Positions 52,101-64,000 of a stretch of DNA of 64,000 nt are shown here, one piece after another. Source of the DNA: Dimorphilus gyrociliatus (Eukaryota; Animalia; Annelida); assembly GCA_904063045.1 (NCBI GenBank), contig CAJFCJ010000004.1, positions 1,357,713 to 1,421,712 on the forward strand, in the 5' to 3' direction. The position numbers were made by a program, and so were the translations under genes. Numbering within the stretch: the first letter of the stretch is position 1; each line of letters starts with the position of its first letter. The notes beneath the pieces are model-generated. The model worked only from the letters and a program-made list of their open reading frames with translations. It searched no databases and was not told the DNA's origin.

Positions 52101-53955
52101 AACGTGTTTTCTAGTTTGACTGAATCCAGCTTTTATCATCTTTGAATATTCTATTCAAGAAATTGTTACCCTATTATCGAACTTTTTCTAGCTTTGTCTC
52201 TTAGGCCTGCAACTTACCTATTCTCTTTTATATTTTCAGTTAGGTTCTTGGGATCTATCTGCTGCAAAATTTTCACCAATTACATCTTCTGTAAGCAAAT
52301 ATATGTCTGGATTGAATCTTGGTAGATATTTTTGCAAAATCTTTCAATATCAAAGATAAAGGTAAGCAATGAAAGTTAGGGTCTTCACTACCAACAAACT
52401 GATCAGAGGTGTATAAGTGCAGTTTTTGTAAAATAAAGAGAATAAAATAAGCTAAATATGGAAACTTGTTTTAAATGAGTACAAACGATAGAACACTACA
52501 AACATTTTTCTTTAGCTCAGGACAGAACTTATCTATTATGATATTGATTAGAAAGTTTGACGTTTTTGAACAAAATTGGGATATTATACCATTTATTCAA
52601 TCACCATTATAAGAATGTGAACATTGCCTAAACTGAAGTGATATATAGATTGAGGATGTTAAACTCGCAAAGATCTTCGATAGCTTAGTAGGTTTCAATG
52701 TTCCGGGGCGACTGGAAACGTAGGTACTTTTACATTACAGCTTGCTTGAATTATAGAATAAAGTAACTGTTGATTTAGACTTAGAACTTGACAATGGTTA
52801 GGCATGAACCTGCGACATCATGCACATCTTCTGTCGTCTTCATTTAGAAATGATGATTTATAGTGTCGACCTCTGGAAAGATGATTTCTGAAAAGTTGTA
52901 TTAGTCCTACGTTTTTATATTTTATTCCTTTTTCTTAATATATAATAAATATTACAAATATGTTAATAAACAAGATGTCGCTTTTTTAGATTTAACATCC
53001 GAGGTGCCATCTATTGTAGAACTAATGAAAACGCTTTCTGTTTCCCTTGTAAAACTATTAGAATTTATTAATAATATCACTGAATTTATGCCAATATATG
53101 TAAACAAGTTTAAAATAGATGAAATAGAACTTTTTATAAGTAATTATGAACATATTGGAAATTTTTATGTCACCTTACATAGAAAGATATTAATTCTGCT
53201 AATTAAAAAAAAAGAGTAATTATATTAATGGAATTTATAATAATAATTAATTCCTGGAATATGAAACTATCGGATTTTTCTCTCAGGTGTTTTATATTCA
53301 ATGGGAAAATCTTTAGTTATTTTTTTTATAAAATTACATTTTGTTTATATATAATACAGTTGAATTTATATAACTAAATTTTGATTTGTCTATGACATAT
53401 ATTAACATCAATTAGCATCTTCTCTTTCAACCTAGGCGACAGAACGTTAAACAAGAATGAACTAATTACTTGATTTTTACCTCATTGCTATTGTGTTGAT
53501 TGCTCTTGATATAACTTAAATTACTATATTTACAGCAAATGAGAATAATAGTAGTAGATATTCATTTTAAACAGAAACAAACAAGGAGATTTAGAGAGTG
53601 AAGTTTATAGATTAAATAAAAAGACTATGAAATTTCCTTAATCGGTTATTGAAATATTATAATAGTTAAGTACTAGACAATGTTCTCGATAGAGAAAATG
53701 CTGTAATAAATAATATCTATTGGTAATCAATTGTTTAAAGTAGTTTCGTATAATGCAAAACAACTTATTACTTAGGTATTTCATCATAACATTAAATTGT
53801 ATAAGTAGATGCTAAAGTACACAAACATGCACGTATAAACATTTATATTAATATATATATATTATATACATATATACAGTATATATATATATATATAAAC
53901 ATTATAAATCTTTAAATATTTGTTTAATATAGAGTATTACTTTAAATGATAAAAT

Positions 53956-55122
53956 TTAGGTTTTAGCGCAGATATTCGAAAGAAGACGCTTGAAAGCAAT
54001 GCGGAACTCAGGTAAACGGCCAGTATATATAATTATATTTACACCAGAGTTAGATATTATCAAGAGTCGTGTCACAAACCTAAGGAATGATTTGAATAAT
54101 AGAATATTATTGTTAATAGTAAAACTATTTGCTTACCAAACATGGGGATTTATCTGCAAATTATGTTTTATTGAAGCAATAATTAATGTAGTAGCCAAAG
54201 GTACAGTTGCTATACAAAAATATCCAATTAATAGACCTGTTACTTTAACTAACTTCAATTGTTTTATCCAGAGACTACCGGATTTTGTCTGCAGTGTTGC
54301 AACAGCACGAATCTGTTTTCTAGCTATTATCAATACTTTACTGTACAAGGAGATCATTGTAATCAATGGAATGACAACTTGTAATAAATAGAGAACTAAA
54401 CCATTTATTACGTTATAATTATCGGAGTATAAGCAACTTTGGTAGTCTATAAAAGAAAGATGCAAAGAAATTATCAACATTTATTAAATCATTAAGAATT
54501 TAAAAAGAAAACAATAATCTCTTTACCATTTGGTTTAACTTGAACGTATAAGCATATCGATAATGTGCAAATAAATATCCAAATGACTGCCAATAATTTT
54601 ATAATTTTACTGTTAGTAACAATAGTTGAAAAACGCAATGGATGAGATATTGCTATATATCTAAAAAGAGAGATATTGTTTTATTGTAAATATCTTGTAA
54701 TCTATTATATAAATGTTATCTATTATTGACTAGTAATAGAGTACAAATTTTAATAAATTCTTTATGGTATAAAATTAGAGATAGTGAAATTACCTGATAA
54801 TCGTTATAATAGTTAAATTAACACCATTTGTTTGTAATCCAATACCCATTAATAACATCATTGATAGGCAAACTCTCCAATCACCTAGGGCAGCTTGAAT
54901 ATGCTTGTTTTGAATTTGAGCAAGAGAATAAATCGGATAAGATAATAGAGTAATAATATCTGATGCAGCCAAACTTCCATAGACAATATTTTCTGCAGTT
55001 TGTAAATGTTCATATTTAGTTATCACTAAAATTATAAGTAAATTTCCCACTAATCCAAATATAGTTATCAAAAAGAGAGGTGGATAAAAATAGATATATG
55101 GAGCAATATCACTTGTAGACAT
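53956..55122 (-). CDS. Class A (rhodopsin-like) GPCR, 298 aa; exons 55122-54794, 54660-54527, 54446-54137, 54079-53956
   Basis: Exons sum to 897 nt in frame. TM1 GLVGNLLII, TM2 SLAASD, TM3 end ITIIRYIAISHPLRF, TM4 W, TM5 IPLITMISLYSKV, TM7 SNSGVNIIIYTGR, helix 8 EFRIAFKRLL. Confidence 0.92.
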
Positions 55123-56940
55123 TTTCAATAAAAAGATAAGTTAGAAAGTTTGTAGCTGATGAATTTGAGACAACCTGTCAACTGCATTTAAGATCTTTCT
55201 CTTATGGCTGATACTAGTGGCGTCACTATTAGACTAGGTTTATCCTCTTATAGACTTTATCAAGCTTCCAGTTGAGTGTAACTCATTAAGAAATATAATT
55301 CATCTGAAGAAATAAGAAGATATACCAAGTCACTAAGATAGCGATTATTATCTGCAGAATAATTATATTATCTTTAAATTGTTCCAAAGTAACTCTATCC
55401 ATTTTACTAATAGACATATAGCCAATTAGAGTCTCTTTAATAGACAAGGTGCACGTTACATCTGTTATTCAGTGCTTATGGACTAAGATAGACGGAAAGT
55501 CCTGGAATAATTAAATTTTATGGTAAAAACATTACGTATTAAACAATGAACTACCCTGTAGAACTAAGTTACTTAACAGTTAAAACGTGTTCCCTATCTA
55601 TATAATTGAAGTTTATATTAACTGTTGTCAATAAAGCTTTAGCTTTCTACATCTCTACGTATCTAAGATTGGTTATTACATATAGAGTTTCTCTATTTTT
55701 CATAACTACAGATAAGTGGAAAATTCTTACACTTATATTAATGTTACCTTTCGATTAGCAGCAAAGCAAACTTAAAATATTACCAAAAATAAATATGAAG
55801 GAATATTTTCTATCTTACTTTCCTTTTCTTGATATAATTAATGTTTCTTCCAATATTTATTTACCTGCATTATTCATATGAAGACAACATAGTTTATTGA
55901 ACTAATATGAAATTATTGGCATAGTTTACAATAATGATAAAGTGAAACGTGTTACAAATTATTAATAAGAGACCAAAAAAAATGAACATTTTATACAAAG
56001 ATTTGTAACTTAAGGTTTACGTAATTCTACTACTGACGTAAAGTTTATATAACATCTTTTACTGAGAATTTGATTTGTATTTCCAATGAAAACCTACAAA
56101 TCCAAGTATTAGTAATAAGCATAGACACTTAACTTTTAGATGATAGTTTGGCATCTCTGTTTAACTCCTTTTCTTTTCTATTAGCTCTTCTTAAATAAAA
56201 AATAAGGTTGAGTATATGAAAATTCAATGTTTCATTAAAAGTATCAAGACTACAGCAGCCTATAATATAAACAAATGAGCGGATTTTTTGCATGGAACTA
56301 ATGGTAGAAAAAGTGAAGGAGTGAGTTATGTCATGGATAAGAAAAGTGAATTAGTTATTCCTATGTGGACATTTATTATAAAAACAGCAATAAAACTAGA
56401 AAGGAAATCAATTAAACGATGTTTCGGTTTACATTTGCTAAATTTAAACCATGAACACCCTACTATGAGGCAGATATTATTCAAAAAACGATATATTTAA
56501 TAATAATTACTAAAAAAAAGAATAAAACAACCAGAGAAAGGGAGAGAGAGAAGAGTGATAAAGAAATAACAGAAAAATGACAAAAACATATCTATTCACT
56601 AATCTACATCATACAAAAAATCCTCCTCAAAATGACTATACAACAAAATAAAAGGGAGAAAATTTCTTTTATTATTCTCACTTTATAAAGTTTTTTAATT
56701 AGTTTGTTAATATTCTAATTTAAATACTATTATAATCAGAAAACAGGTAAGCGTTAGTTAATTCTTGTTTTACCTTACCATTTCTTTTTCCATCATTCTT
56801 TTAATATGATTTAATAAATCAACAGATGTTGTTGGATGACGATTATGTGGGAAACAAAGTATATTTTACTAATCTACTATATAGCTTTTTCCTATGAACG
56901 AAAGGCTTATCGAGAAGTAAATGTGAAAATAATAGACTTC

Positions 56941-58226
56941 TTAAAAATTCCAATATTCATTATGAGCTCTTTTTACTTGATTAATAGTTTGTAGGCATTT
57001 TGCATTAGGTTCATTCCAGTTGGTATCTGGAAGAACATTATCCTGAAGGCTTTCTATACAGGCTGCCATTCCTGCAGCTATGTTATCCTTTGAATAACCG
57101 CCCTCCAGAGATATTAGTATATTAGTTTTCCCTATATCTTTTATTTTATTAATCATGTAGCTGTAAATTGATGGTGTAAGATGATACTCTCCTAAAGGGT
57201 CATTTTCCATAGCATCAAAACCTGAAGCAATAATAACTAAATCTGGTTGATATTGATTCATCACAGGTTCGACTATCTGGTCAAAACCGTATTTATAATC
57301 TCCGTTGGTCATCTTTTCATCATTCCAAGCAATGTTGATATTGAAATGTTTCCCTGAAATATTTAAAGAAAAATTTTATTTAATAGTAGCATAAAAGATA
57401 AGCATAGATAACAATTTATCTATATTCAATATGTTTTTACCTCTGCCTTCTCCTATTGCATCAAAATTGCCAATTTTTAAGCCTGGATAATATTCCCCAT
57501 GATCATATCTATGAAAAGATATATATAAAACGTCATTTCTCCTATAAAAGTGTTTTTGTATCCCATTTCCATGATGAATGTCCCAGTCTAAAATTAAAAT
57601 TCTCTGTCTACCTTTAGCAAGAGCATTCTCAGCCATCATAGCTATACCATTTAAAAAACAGAACCCAGTAGCTAAATTCTTTTCTGCATGGTGATTCGGT
57701 GGTCGACATAAAGCAATACCATGTTTGACCTAAGCAAAAATAAATCAAAAGTTTATATAAATTAAGTCCTCTGTTAGTTTCTATTTTCTTAAATTTTTAC
57801 CTTTCCAGCTAAAACTTGATCCGAAAGAGTAACTAAACAGGACGCAGCAGTCAAGCTAGCATCATATGTGTCCTTACAAACGTAAGTATATCTATAATCC
57901 ACCGTACTTTCATTTTCAAAGACAAAACTCTTTTGATCATCAGTGAAACTTTTTAATATATCTAAATAACTTTGGTCATGAACCTTTAGAAGTAAAGCTT
58001 CAGATATTGGACTACAACAAATATCAGAGGCAATTAATATTTATACAAACCATCATACCAAAGCAAACCTATATGGGATATATATGCACTTTTGCAATAT
58101 TCCTCTTTCTTCTAAGTAACTCTTGCAATGAGTGACTCTTATCGGAGATTCCAAGTGATAAGAAACACGCTTATTTACATGTTTATTAACCAATTCGGTG
58201 TAACAATATCCAACGCTACCAAACAT
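56941..58226 (-). CDS. Single-domain class IIb-like (HDAC6/10-type) Zn-dependent deacetylase, 356 aa; exons 58226-58069, 58011-57801, 57729-57441, 57353-56941
   Basis: Exons sum to 1071 nt in frame. HLESPIRV, RPPNHHA, GFCFLN, ILDWDIHHGNG, SFHRY, NINIAW, PDLVIIASGFDA, DPLG and LEGGY (catalytic Tyr present). Confidence 0.92.
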
Positions 58227-58653
58227 GATATTTAACTGTAATACTATTTAGAGTCTATCTTATTTTAGCCTGTAAAAGTATCACACAAGGCTTTTATAAG
58301 TATTGCAAGCGATAAATACTTGTAAAACTAAGGTCAATTTTTATCTTCTACAATGGTAAGAAGTGTAACTTTATCTTGCTTTGTCATTGTTTTCTTTTGA
58401 ATGAGAATTTTTCAAGTCCCTTTAAACTATTAAATAAAAAATAATCATATGAAATCACTATTTAAGATAAAAAAAGCTATCTTTTGTTTGGTTATATAAT
58501 CTTTAAACAAGCGCTTCATTGAACAAAAAAGCAGCTTGACAGTAATATCAACGACTCTTATAGATTCATTCATCGTTGACATTTCGTGTGACTACATTCG
58601 TGTATGTGTAGCTAAATCAGTTAAATTGATATCCTTAAAATTAGCAACAAAAA
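58227..58653. promoter_or_regulatory. 427-bp divergent intergenic region between the HDAC and beta-eliminating lyase genes; candidate bidirectional promoter
   Basis: Start codons at 58226 (-) and 58654 (+) point away from each other. Confidence 0.5.
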
Positions 58654-60258
58654 ATGGCCAAATACGAACCAGAACCATTCAAGATTAAAGCCACAGAACC
58701 TATTAGGCTAATTACAAGAGAAGAAAGAGAAAAAGTTCTACAAAAAGCTTATTTTAATACCTTAAACATGGCTTCCTCGGATATTTTTATCGACCTCTTA
58801 ACCGACTCTGGAAATTCATCCATGACTGATAGACAATGGTCGGGTTTAATGATGGGAGATGAATCCTACACTGGAAGTCGAAGTTTCTTCCGTTTAGAAG
58901 AAGTTGTACAATCATTAACAGGTTAGACAATTGTATTGTAAATCCATAGACTGGCTCACGATTCATTACTTCAAAACAGTATTGTAAAAAAAGCTAAGAC
59001 TCTACATTGAGTTAATACTGTATAATATCTATTATTAATTTGCTATTTCCACTTTAATGTAAAGACAATAACTGTTTATTTATCGTTTAAGGTTATAAAC
59101 ACGTTCTCCCAGTTCACCAAGGTCGTGCTGCCGAAAATGTTGTGTTTCCTTTGTTAATTAAAAAAGGGCAAGTTGTCATAGGAAATACAAACTTTACTAC
59201 ATCGAAGGCACATATTCAAATCAACCAGGGCATATCCTTAGATTTTATAAGTTCGGATTCTCTAAATATATCAGTTGAAAAAGATTTTAAAGGAAACTTG
59301 GATACTGATCAATTATTGACATACTTAAAAGAAAACGGATCGCAGAATGTAGCTTTCATAATGATAACTATTACTAATAATAATATTGGAGGTTTACCAG
59401 TTAGTATGCAAAATATAAAAGAAGTATCTAAAATAGCAAAAGAACATGGAATTCTATTAGTATTTGACGCTGCTCGTTTTGCTGAAAATGCCTATTACAT
59501 TCATGAAAGAGAGGATTCTTTTAAAGAAAAAAACTTGAAACGTAAAAGCAGAGTTTTTTTTTTATTAAATTATCATAAAAGTTTTATTACTTTTATCTTT
59601 AGAAATTATTCTTGAAATGTTCTCGTTTGGAGATGTTGTCCTTATGAGTGGAAAGAAAGATGCTGCAGTAAATATAGGTGGTCTTATTGTTGTTAAAGAT
59701 AAAGTGGATTTGTACGAAAGTGCAAAATATGCCATGATACCTATAGAAGGTTTTCCCCAATACGGAGGTCTTGCTGGAAGAGATATGGAAGCATTTGCAA
59801 TTGGTTTGGAAGAGTCAACTCGATATGAATTTCTCCAGCAACGCATTAAACAAGTTGAAAATTTAGGTAAGCAACTAATAGCTGCAGGAATACCTATACA
59901 AAAACCTATTGGCGGTCACGCCATTTATTTGGATGCGAAGAAGATCCTCCCCCATATTCCACCTTGTGAATTTCCAGCTTTGGCTCTATGCATACATTTA
60001 TACTTGGAAAGTGGAATTCGTGGCAGTGAAATGGGTTCTTTTAGTTATGGTAGAGGCCCCAACGGTGAAGATGGAATCAGCCCCTGCGAATTTTTAAGAT
60101 TGTGCATTCCAAGAAGAGTCTATACTGATAATCACATGAGATATGTAGCAGATAACGTAATAAAAGTGTGTGAGAAACGGCAGGAAATCAAGGGTCTGAA
60201 ACTTATTTTTGAAACCAAATACCTTAGGGATGCAACGTCCAAATTGGAATTTAAGTAG
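58654..60258 (+). CDS. PLP-dependent beta-eliminating lyase, tryptophanase / tyrosine phenol-lyase homolog, 457 aa; exons 58654-58921, 59092-59541, 59603-60258
   Basis: EPFKIK, IDLLTDSG, GDESYTG (catalytic Tyr), HQGRAAE, DAARFAENAY, MSGKKD (PLP Lys), EGFPQYGGLAGRD, GGHAIYLDA, RLCIPRRVYT. Two in-frame GT-AG introns; exons sum to 1374 nt. Confidence 0.95.
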
Positions 60259-60440
60259 ATACAATGTTTTAAAAATTTATCTATATTTGTTAGATGTAGT
60301 ATATAAGTATATAAATATAAACACAAGATGTCACTACAGTATTCCGTATTGCAAGATTGATTTTTTTTTCAAAAGAAATATTGATTTTTATATTAAATAA
60401 AGTTATATTTTTAGGCTTTCGGGCTACTATATGAATAAGT

Positions 60441-61328
60441 ATGCCAGAAACTCTAGTTTGGAGAATTTCCTTAATAAGTATCCTTATTTGTTCCGTAGAA
60501 ACATGTAAGATTTTTCAAAATAAAGCCTTTTTGTTTCAAAGCATTTACTTTTGTTCTGAATTGACTAGTTTCTAGGCAAGCTTGTCCTCGAAATCTCCCA
60601 CCTGAGTGGAATTTAGTAGAGACCCTGAAAGGCAATTGTTACGCTTATAAATCACTTTTACCAGAACAAAGATTTCCTAAAGGAGCAGCTGATGTTTGTC
60701 AAACAATTAATGGAAAGTTAGCATCATTCCACTTAGACCAAGAAGGAGGAACTCAGGTAATGAATGATGCTGTAGCAAAGAAACATCTTCTCTCCAGTTG
60801 GATCTCCAATGATATTCCATCTTATCTATTCTTCATTGATTTGAAAAAAGAAAGTGATGGTACAAATGTCTGGAGCAACGGAGATGAATTTATTCCGGCT
60901 GATGGAAACGTTAAAGATATGGAAAAGACAAGTGGTAAAGAAGCGAAAGATTACCTACCAAATTCATCAGAGTATTTTTCCCCAATAATAGCGGTTAACA
61001 TCAAAATCAACTATATTTCTTTTATTTGCAGGAGAATATCATCAATGTATTATGGAACGAGTAAGGAATTTGAAAAAATTCATAACGTTATTTGCCAAAT
61101 TCAGGCCATAAGTAAGTAGTTGTTAATGTTTACGTAACAAAGTGTTTATCATTTTCAACTAATCTTTATTCAACAGATGACAATAAGAGTTTGATAAATA
61201 GTGACTCTTTAAAGAATAATCAAACTATAGCAACTAAACAAGCTAAACCAAATGGAGTTGAGAATGCTGGTAATAACGTTAAAAAACTTATTGAAAGTAA
61301 GCTAGTGGACATTCATTCAGAATTATAG
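60441..61328 (+). CDS. Secreted or ER-luminal C-type-lectin-like protein ending in HSEL; exons about 60441-60504, 60569-61112 (possible in-frame 60-nt intron near 60973-61032), 61177-61328
   Basis: Signal MPETLVWRISLISILICSVET; CP..W......NCY; ADVCQTINGKLASF; FFIDL; VWSNG; NVICQ; acceptor at 61177 in frame to ...LVDIHSEL*. Confidence 0.7.
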
Positions 61329-61528
61329 CAAATATAATATTTTATTAAGACTTTCATTTAAAATATACAAGTAAATATATTTATATGGATAATATATATC
61401 TAGTAAATATATACATATAATAAAAACGAAAGACATATATATATACAGTATATAAAATGACAGTTAAAGTTTGATAACAACCAAATTTCGATATTCAATG
61501 TAAAAATCATATAAACAATTAAAAATAG

Positions 61529-63095
61529 CTATTTTTTCTTTTTCAAATCAGAAAAGACTTCTCTGGCACTTAATTCTTTTTCAAAGTCTGGTTTATTCTT
61601 TTCTGAGTGTCTTATATAACGAGCTTTTTTAGCTTGTTCATATCTATCTGTAAAATCTGGTACTTTGTACATTGTCCTAATACTTCCATCCATATTGAAA
61701 ACATCATTTCCTAAATTTTCCAATGGATTAGTTTCGACAACATCAACTTTTTCATCAATTGGTGCTTGTACAGCTTCAACTTTTTCTTCTTCGTTTCGAA
61801 TGTAACTTTCAAAAGTCTATAAATAATTTAGAAAATATTATTAAAGTAAAATAAATGTCAGAGGTTTTTTGTTCCTATTCTTTATAAAAAAATACCACAG
61901 AAACTAAATCCTATAATCGTTAATCCAAGAATAAAAAAACAGTAAGAAAATTTCATTTTGCTCTGAAGAAAAACGCATTGACAATCAATCTGTTATGACA
62001 TTTACGTTTTAAAAGAACTTTTACCTATTCATACATGTTTATTATTGGTTATTATATGATTACCACCGAAGAAAGAATAAGAACTTAGAAAATAAGATAA
62101 AGCTAAAACTTTCCCATTAATGATATCTAATGATAGAATAAATTTTTAATAAATGTGCCCTTGATTCAAAAACAAGTTACACGGAAAAGTATTAATAACC
62201 AACGTACCTGGAGAAGGATATTTATGTGCTTAAATGTCTATTTGAATGATTTTTTTAGATCAAAGAGATTGTATTTAGACGTTTACAAAAGTATATCTAG
62301 CCACTTTGCTTACTGCTATTGCAGAAGATATATGATTCATGTGTAATTTCTGTTCACTATATATAAATATATACTGTTTATATGCTATAATATAATTGCA
62401 GTATACACACTCCAAGATATTTTTGAAGAATTTATAGTTCAATTGAATGCAGCTAAATGATTTAGGTAGTTGTGCAAACATTTGCCTAGAAATTACCAGT
62501 TGTATTTCATAGTCTAATTGTTTAATTTCTATTAAGTATATAACGTTTCACCTTCTGGGTCTATATGTAGGTTTTAAGATGACCTCTAATATTTACATAA
62601 ACTATTTGCAAGGTTAAATATGATTAATAATAATACTAAAGATGTAAAAAATAGCTGTAAATTCTGTACAATTATCTATAAAAATACGTATGTCTAGATA
62701 TAAATTGCATTTTCGTAACTTTGATGCTTAACCTTAGGTGTAAAATGATCAGCTGAGCCTTTATTAGTTTCACTTTTACTCTTTGATTTTATTCCTTCTC
62801 TTCTTTCTCTTGGCGATATGTAATTATCTAAAACACTCTTTCCGTAATTTTCAGGGAAACCACTTTTCCTTGGTGGTAATCCTCCTGCTGTATTAAAAGT
62901 TTTTCGCCTTAATTGAGCCAGTTCGGCTTGTATTTTCCTTTGTTCTTGAGATAAAGCAGATATTTCGGATTTGTGATGAGCTTCCAGTCCATGTCTAGCG
63001 CCAGGACCAATTTCAGCTTCCAACTTTCTTTGTTCTCTTAAATTACTTTTTCTTAAATTTTCAACAGTTTTGTAATTTCTACTTTTCAAGTCCAT
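61529..63095 (-). CDS. CCDC190-like coiled-coil protein; exons about 63095-62733 and 61816-61529 (a further upstream exon is possible)
   Basis: N-terminal NLREQRKLE...EQRKIQAELAQL and C-terminal DGSIRTMYKVPDFTDRYEQAKKARYIRH resemble the CCDC190 family as recalled. Phase-0 junction PK|gttaag...tag|TFESY. Confidence 0.6.
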
Positions 63096-63976
63096 ATCCG
63101 AATTCCGAATGCACCTTTCTCCCCCATAGAAATAGACCTTTTAGCGTTATGTGGGCAATAGGGATTAATGTTGAATATGATTTTTTAAAGTTTAAGCTGC
63201 TACTCAATATATTATTTTGCTAATCGTTATTGATTGATCTTCTCTTGAATTATCACAGGAGATTTTAATACTATAAAGAACTCGTTATATTTATTCAAAA
63301 TAAATATCATAATAGATTTAGCCTATATTATTGCAAATTGTTCTTTTTTTATTAATAATTCATACTCAAGATATCTAATACTCGGATATTGTGGAATGAA
63401 TAATCAATAATAATTCAAATACCAGTTGAATTCATTTAAATATTATTTTCTAAAAATTTCAATATAATTCTGTATTAAATAAAGAGAACTCAATGTAAGT
63501 GACTAATTGCTTCTGTTATTTAGATGTATTTACACAATTCAAGTTAAATACACGTGGGCCACTAAGTTCTTCTAAGTACTACCACTTATTCTAAATACTT
63601 TATACGAATTCTTCTAACAAATTCTTTCTTCGAAGCTTTCGCTTTCTTTTGCAGCAAAACAAGATTCATCTTGAAAGAGCATGCGAATGTTTTAAACAAA
63701 AGATTACAATTTCCTTTGAATGAAGCGTGTTCAAACATGCTGTCCATTTTCTTTTCGGTACAAACAGTAAAAATACTTTTTACCCCTTGGTTAAAGGCAC
63801 GAATTATCACGTTTTTCTTTTAGTCACTTAAAGGTCAATGTATAAATACTTTTCCTTTGTTAATTATTTCTAAAAATTCCCTTTGTTATATTTTATAATA
63901 TTGAATCTATCTATATATATATACATATAAATTTATATATGTATATTTTTACTTTGAATTGTTTCTTTATAAAGTT

Positions 63977-63998
63977 TCTCTCTCTCTCTCTCTCTCTC
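63977..63998. repeat. (TC)11 microsatellite
   Basis: Direct read of the sequence. Confidence 0.9.
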
Positions 63999-64000
63999 TT

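Noticed and set aside
58536-58564. TTGACA-17 bp-TATAGA, resembling a sigma70 promoter about 90 bp upstream of the bacterial-type lyase
   Set aside because: The gene has spliceosomal introns, so any transfer is old and a bacterial promoter would not persist. The -10 box is imperfect and such matches are expected in AT-rich DNA.
25944-60258. Possibility that the GHL10 and TnaA/TPL genes are bacterial contamination
   Set aside because: Both carry in-frame GT-AG introns and sit among intron-rich animal genes of similar composition.
63586-63810. 74-aa minus-strand ORF upstream of the CCDC190-like gene
   Set aside because: No recognisable motif, a non-ATG start, and it ends in a stop before any junction to the CCDC190-like exon.

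Overview
AT-rich eukaryotic (animal) genomic DNA with many short GT-AG introns (mostly 50-100 nt) and (GA)/(TA) microsatellites. A compact non-bilaterian genome such as a placozoan fits the intron sizes and gene set, but this is inference only. I spliced exons by hand from the sequence. Genes in order: a C-terminal UHM/RRM fragment; a beta-helix + Cys-rich + multi-TM receptor-like gene with two candidate signal-peptide first exons; a dermatan-sulfate-epimerase (DSE)-like membrane protein that appears to have lost its catalytic residues; an intron-containing bacterial-type GHL10 (YddW/DigH-like) glycosyl hydrolase; a ~14 kb, ~50-exon type I membrane protein (three L1CAM-type Ig quartets, antistasin, thyroglobulin-1, Kunitz, an unnamed Cys-rich repeat, mucin stalk, TM); a Dispatched/Patched-family RND protein; a class A GPCR; a single-domain class IIb-like HDAC head-to-head with an intron-containing tryptophanase/tyrosine phenol-lyase homolog; a C-type-lectin-like protein ending in HSEL; and a CCDC190-like gene. 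I saw no rRNA, tRNA, CRISPR array or recognisable transposon ORF. Best leads: the giant mosaic Ig/protease-inhibitor receptor, the DSE pseudoenzyme, and the two domesticated bacterial-type enzymes, one with hybrid specificity residues. All comparisons to reference proteins are from memory and need real alignments.
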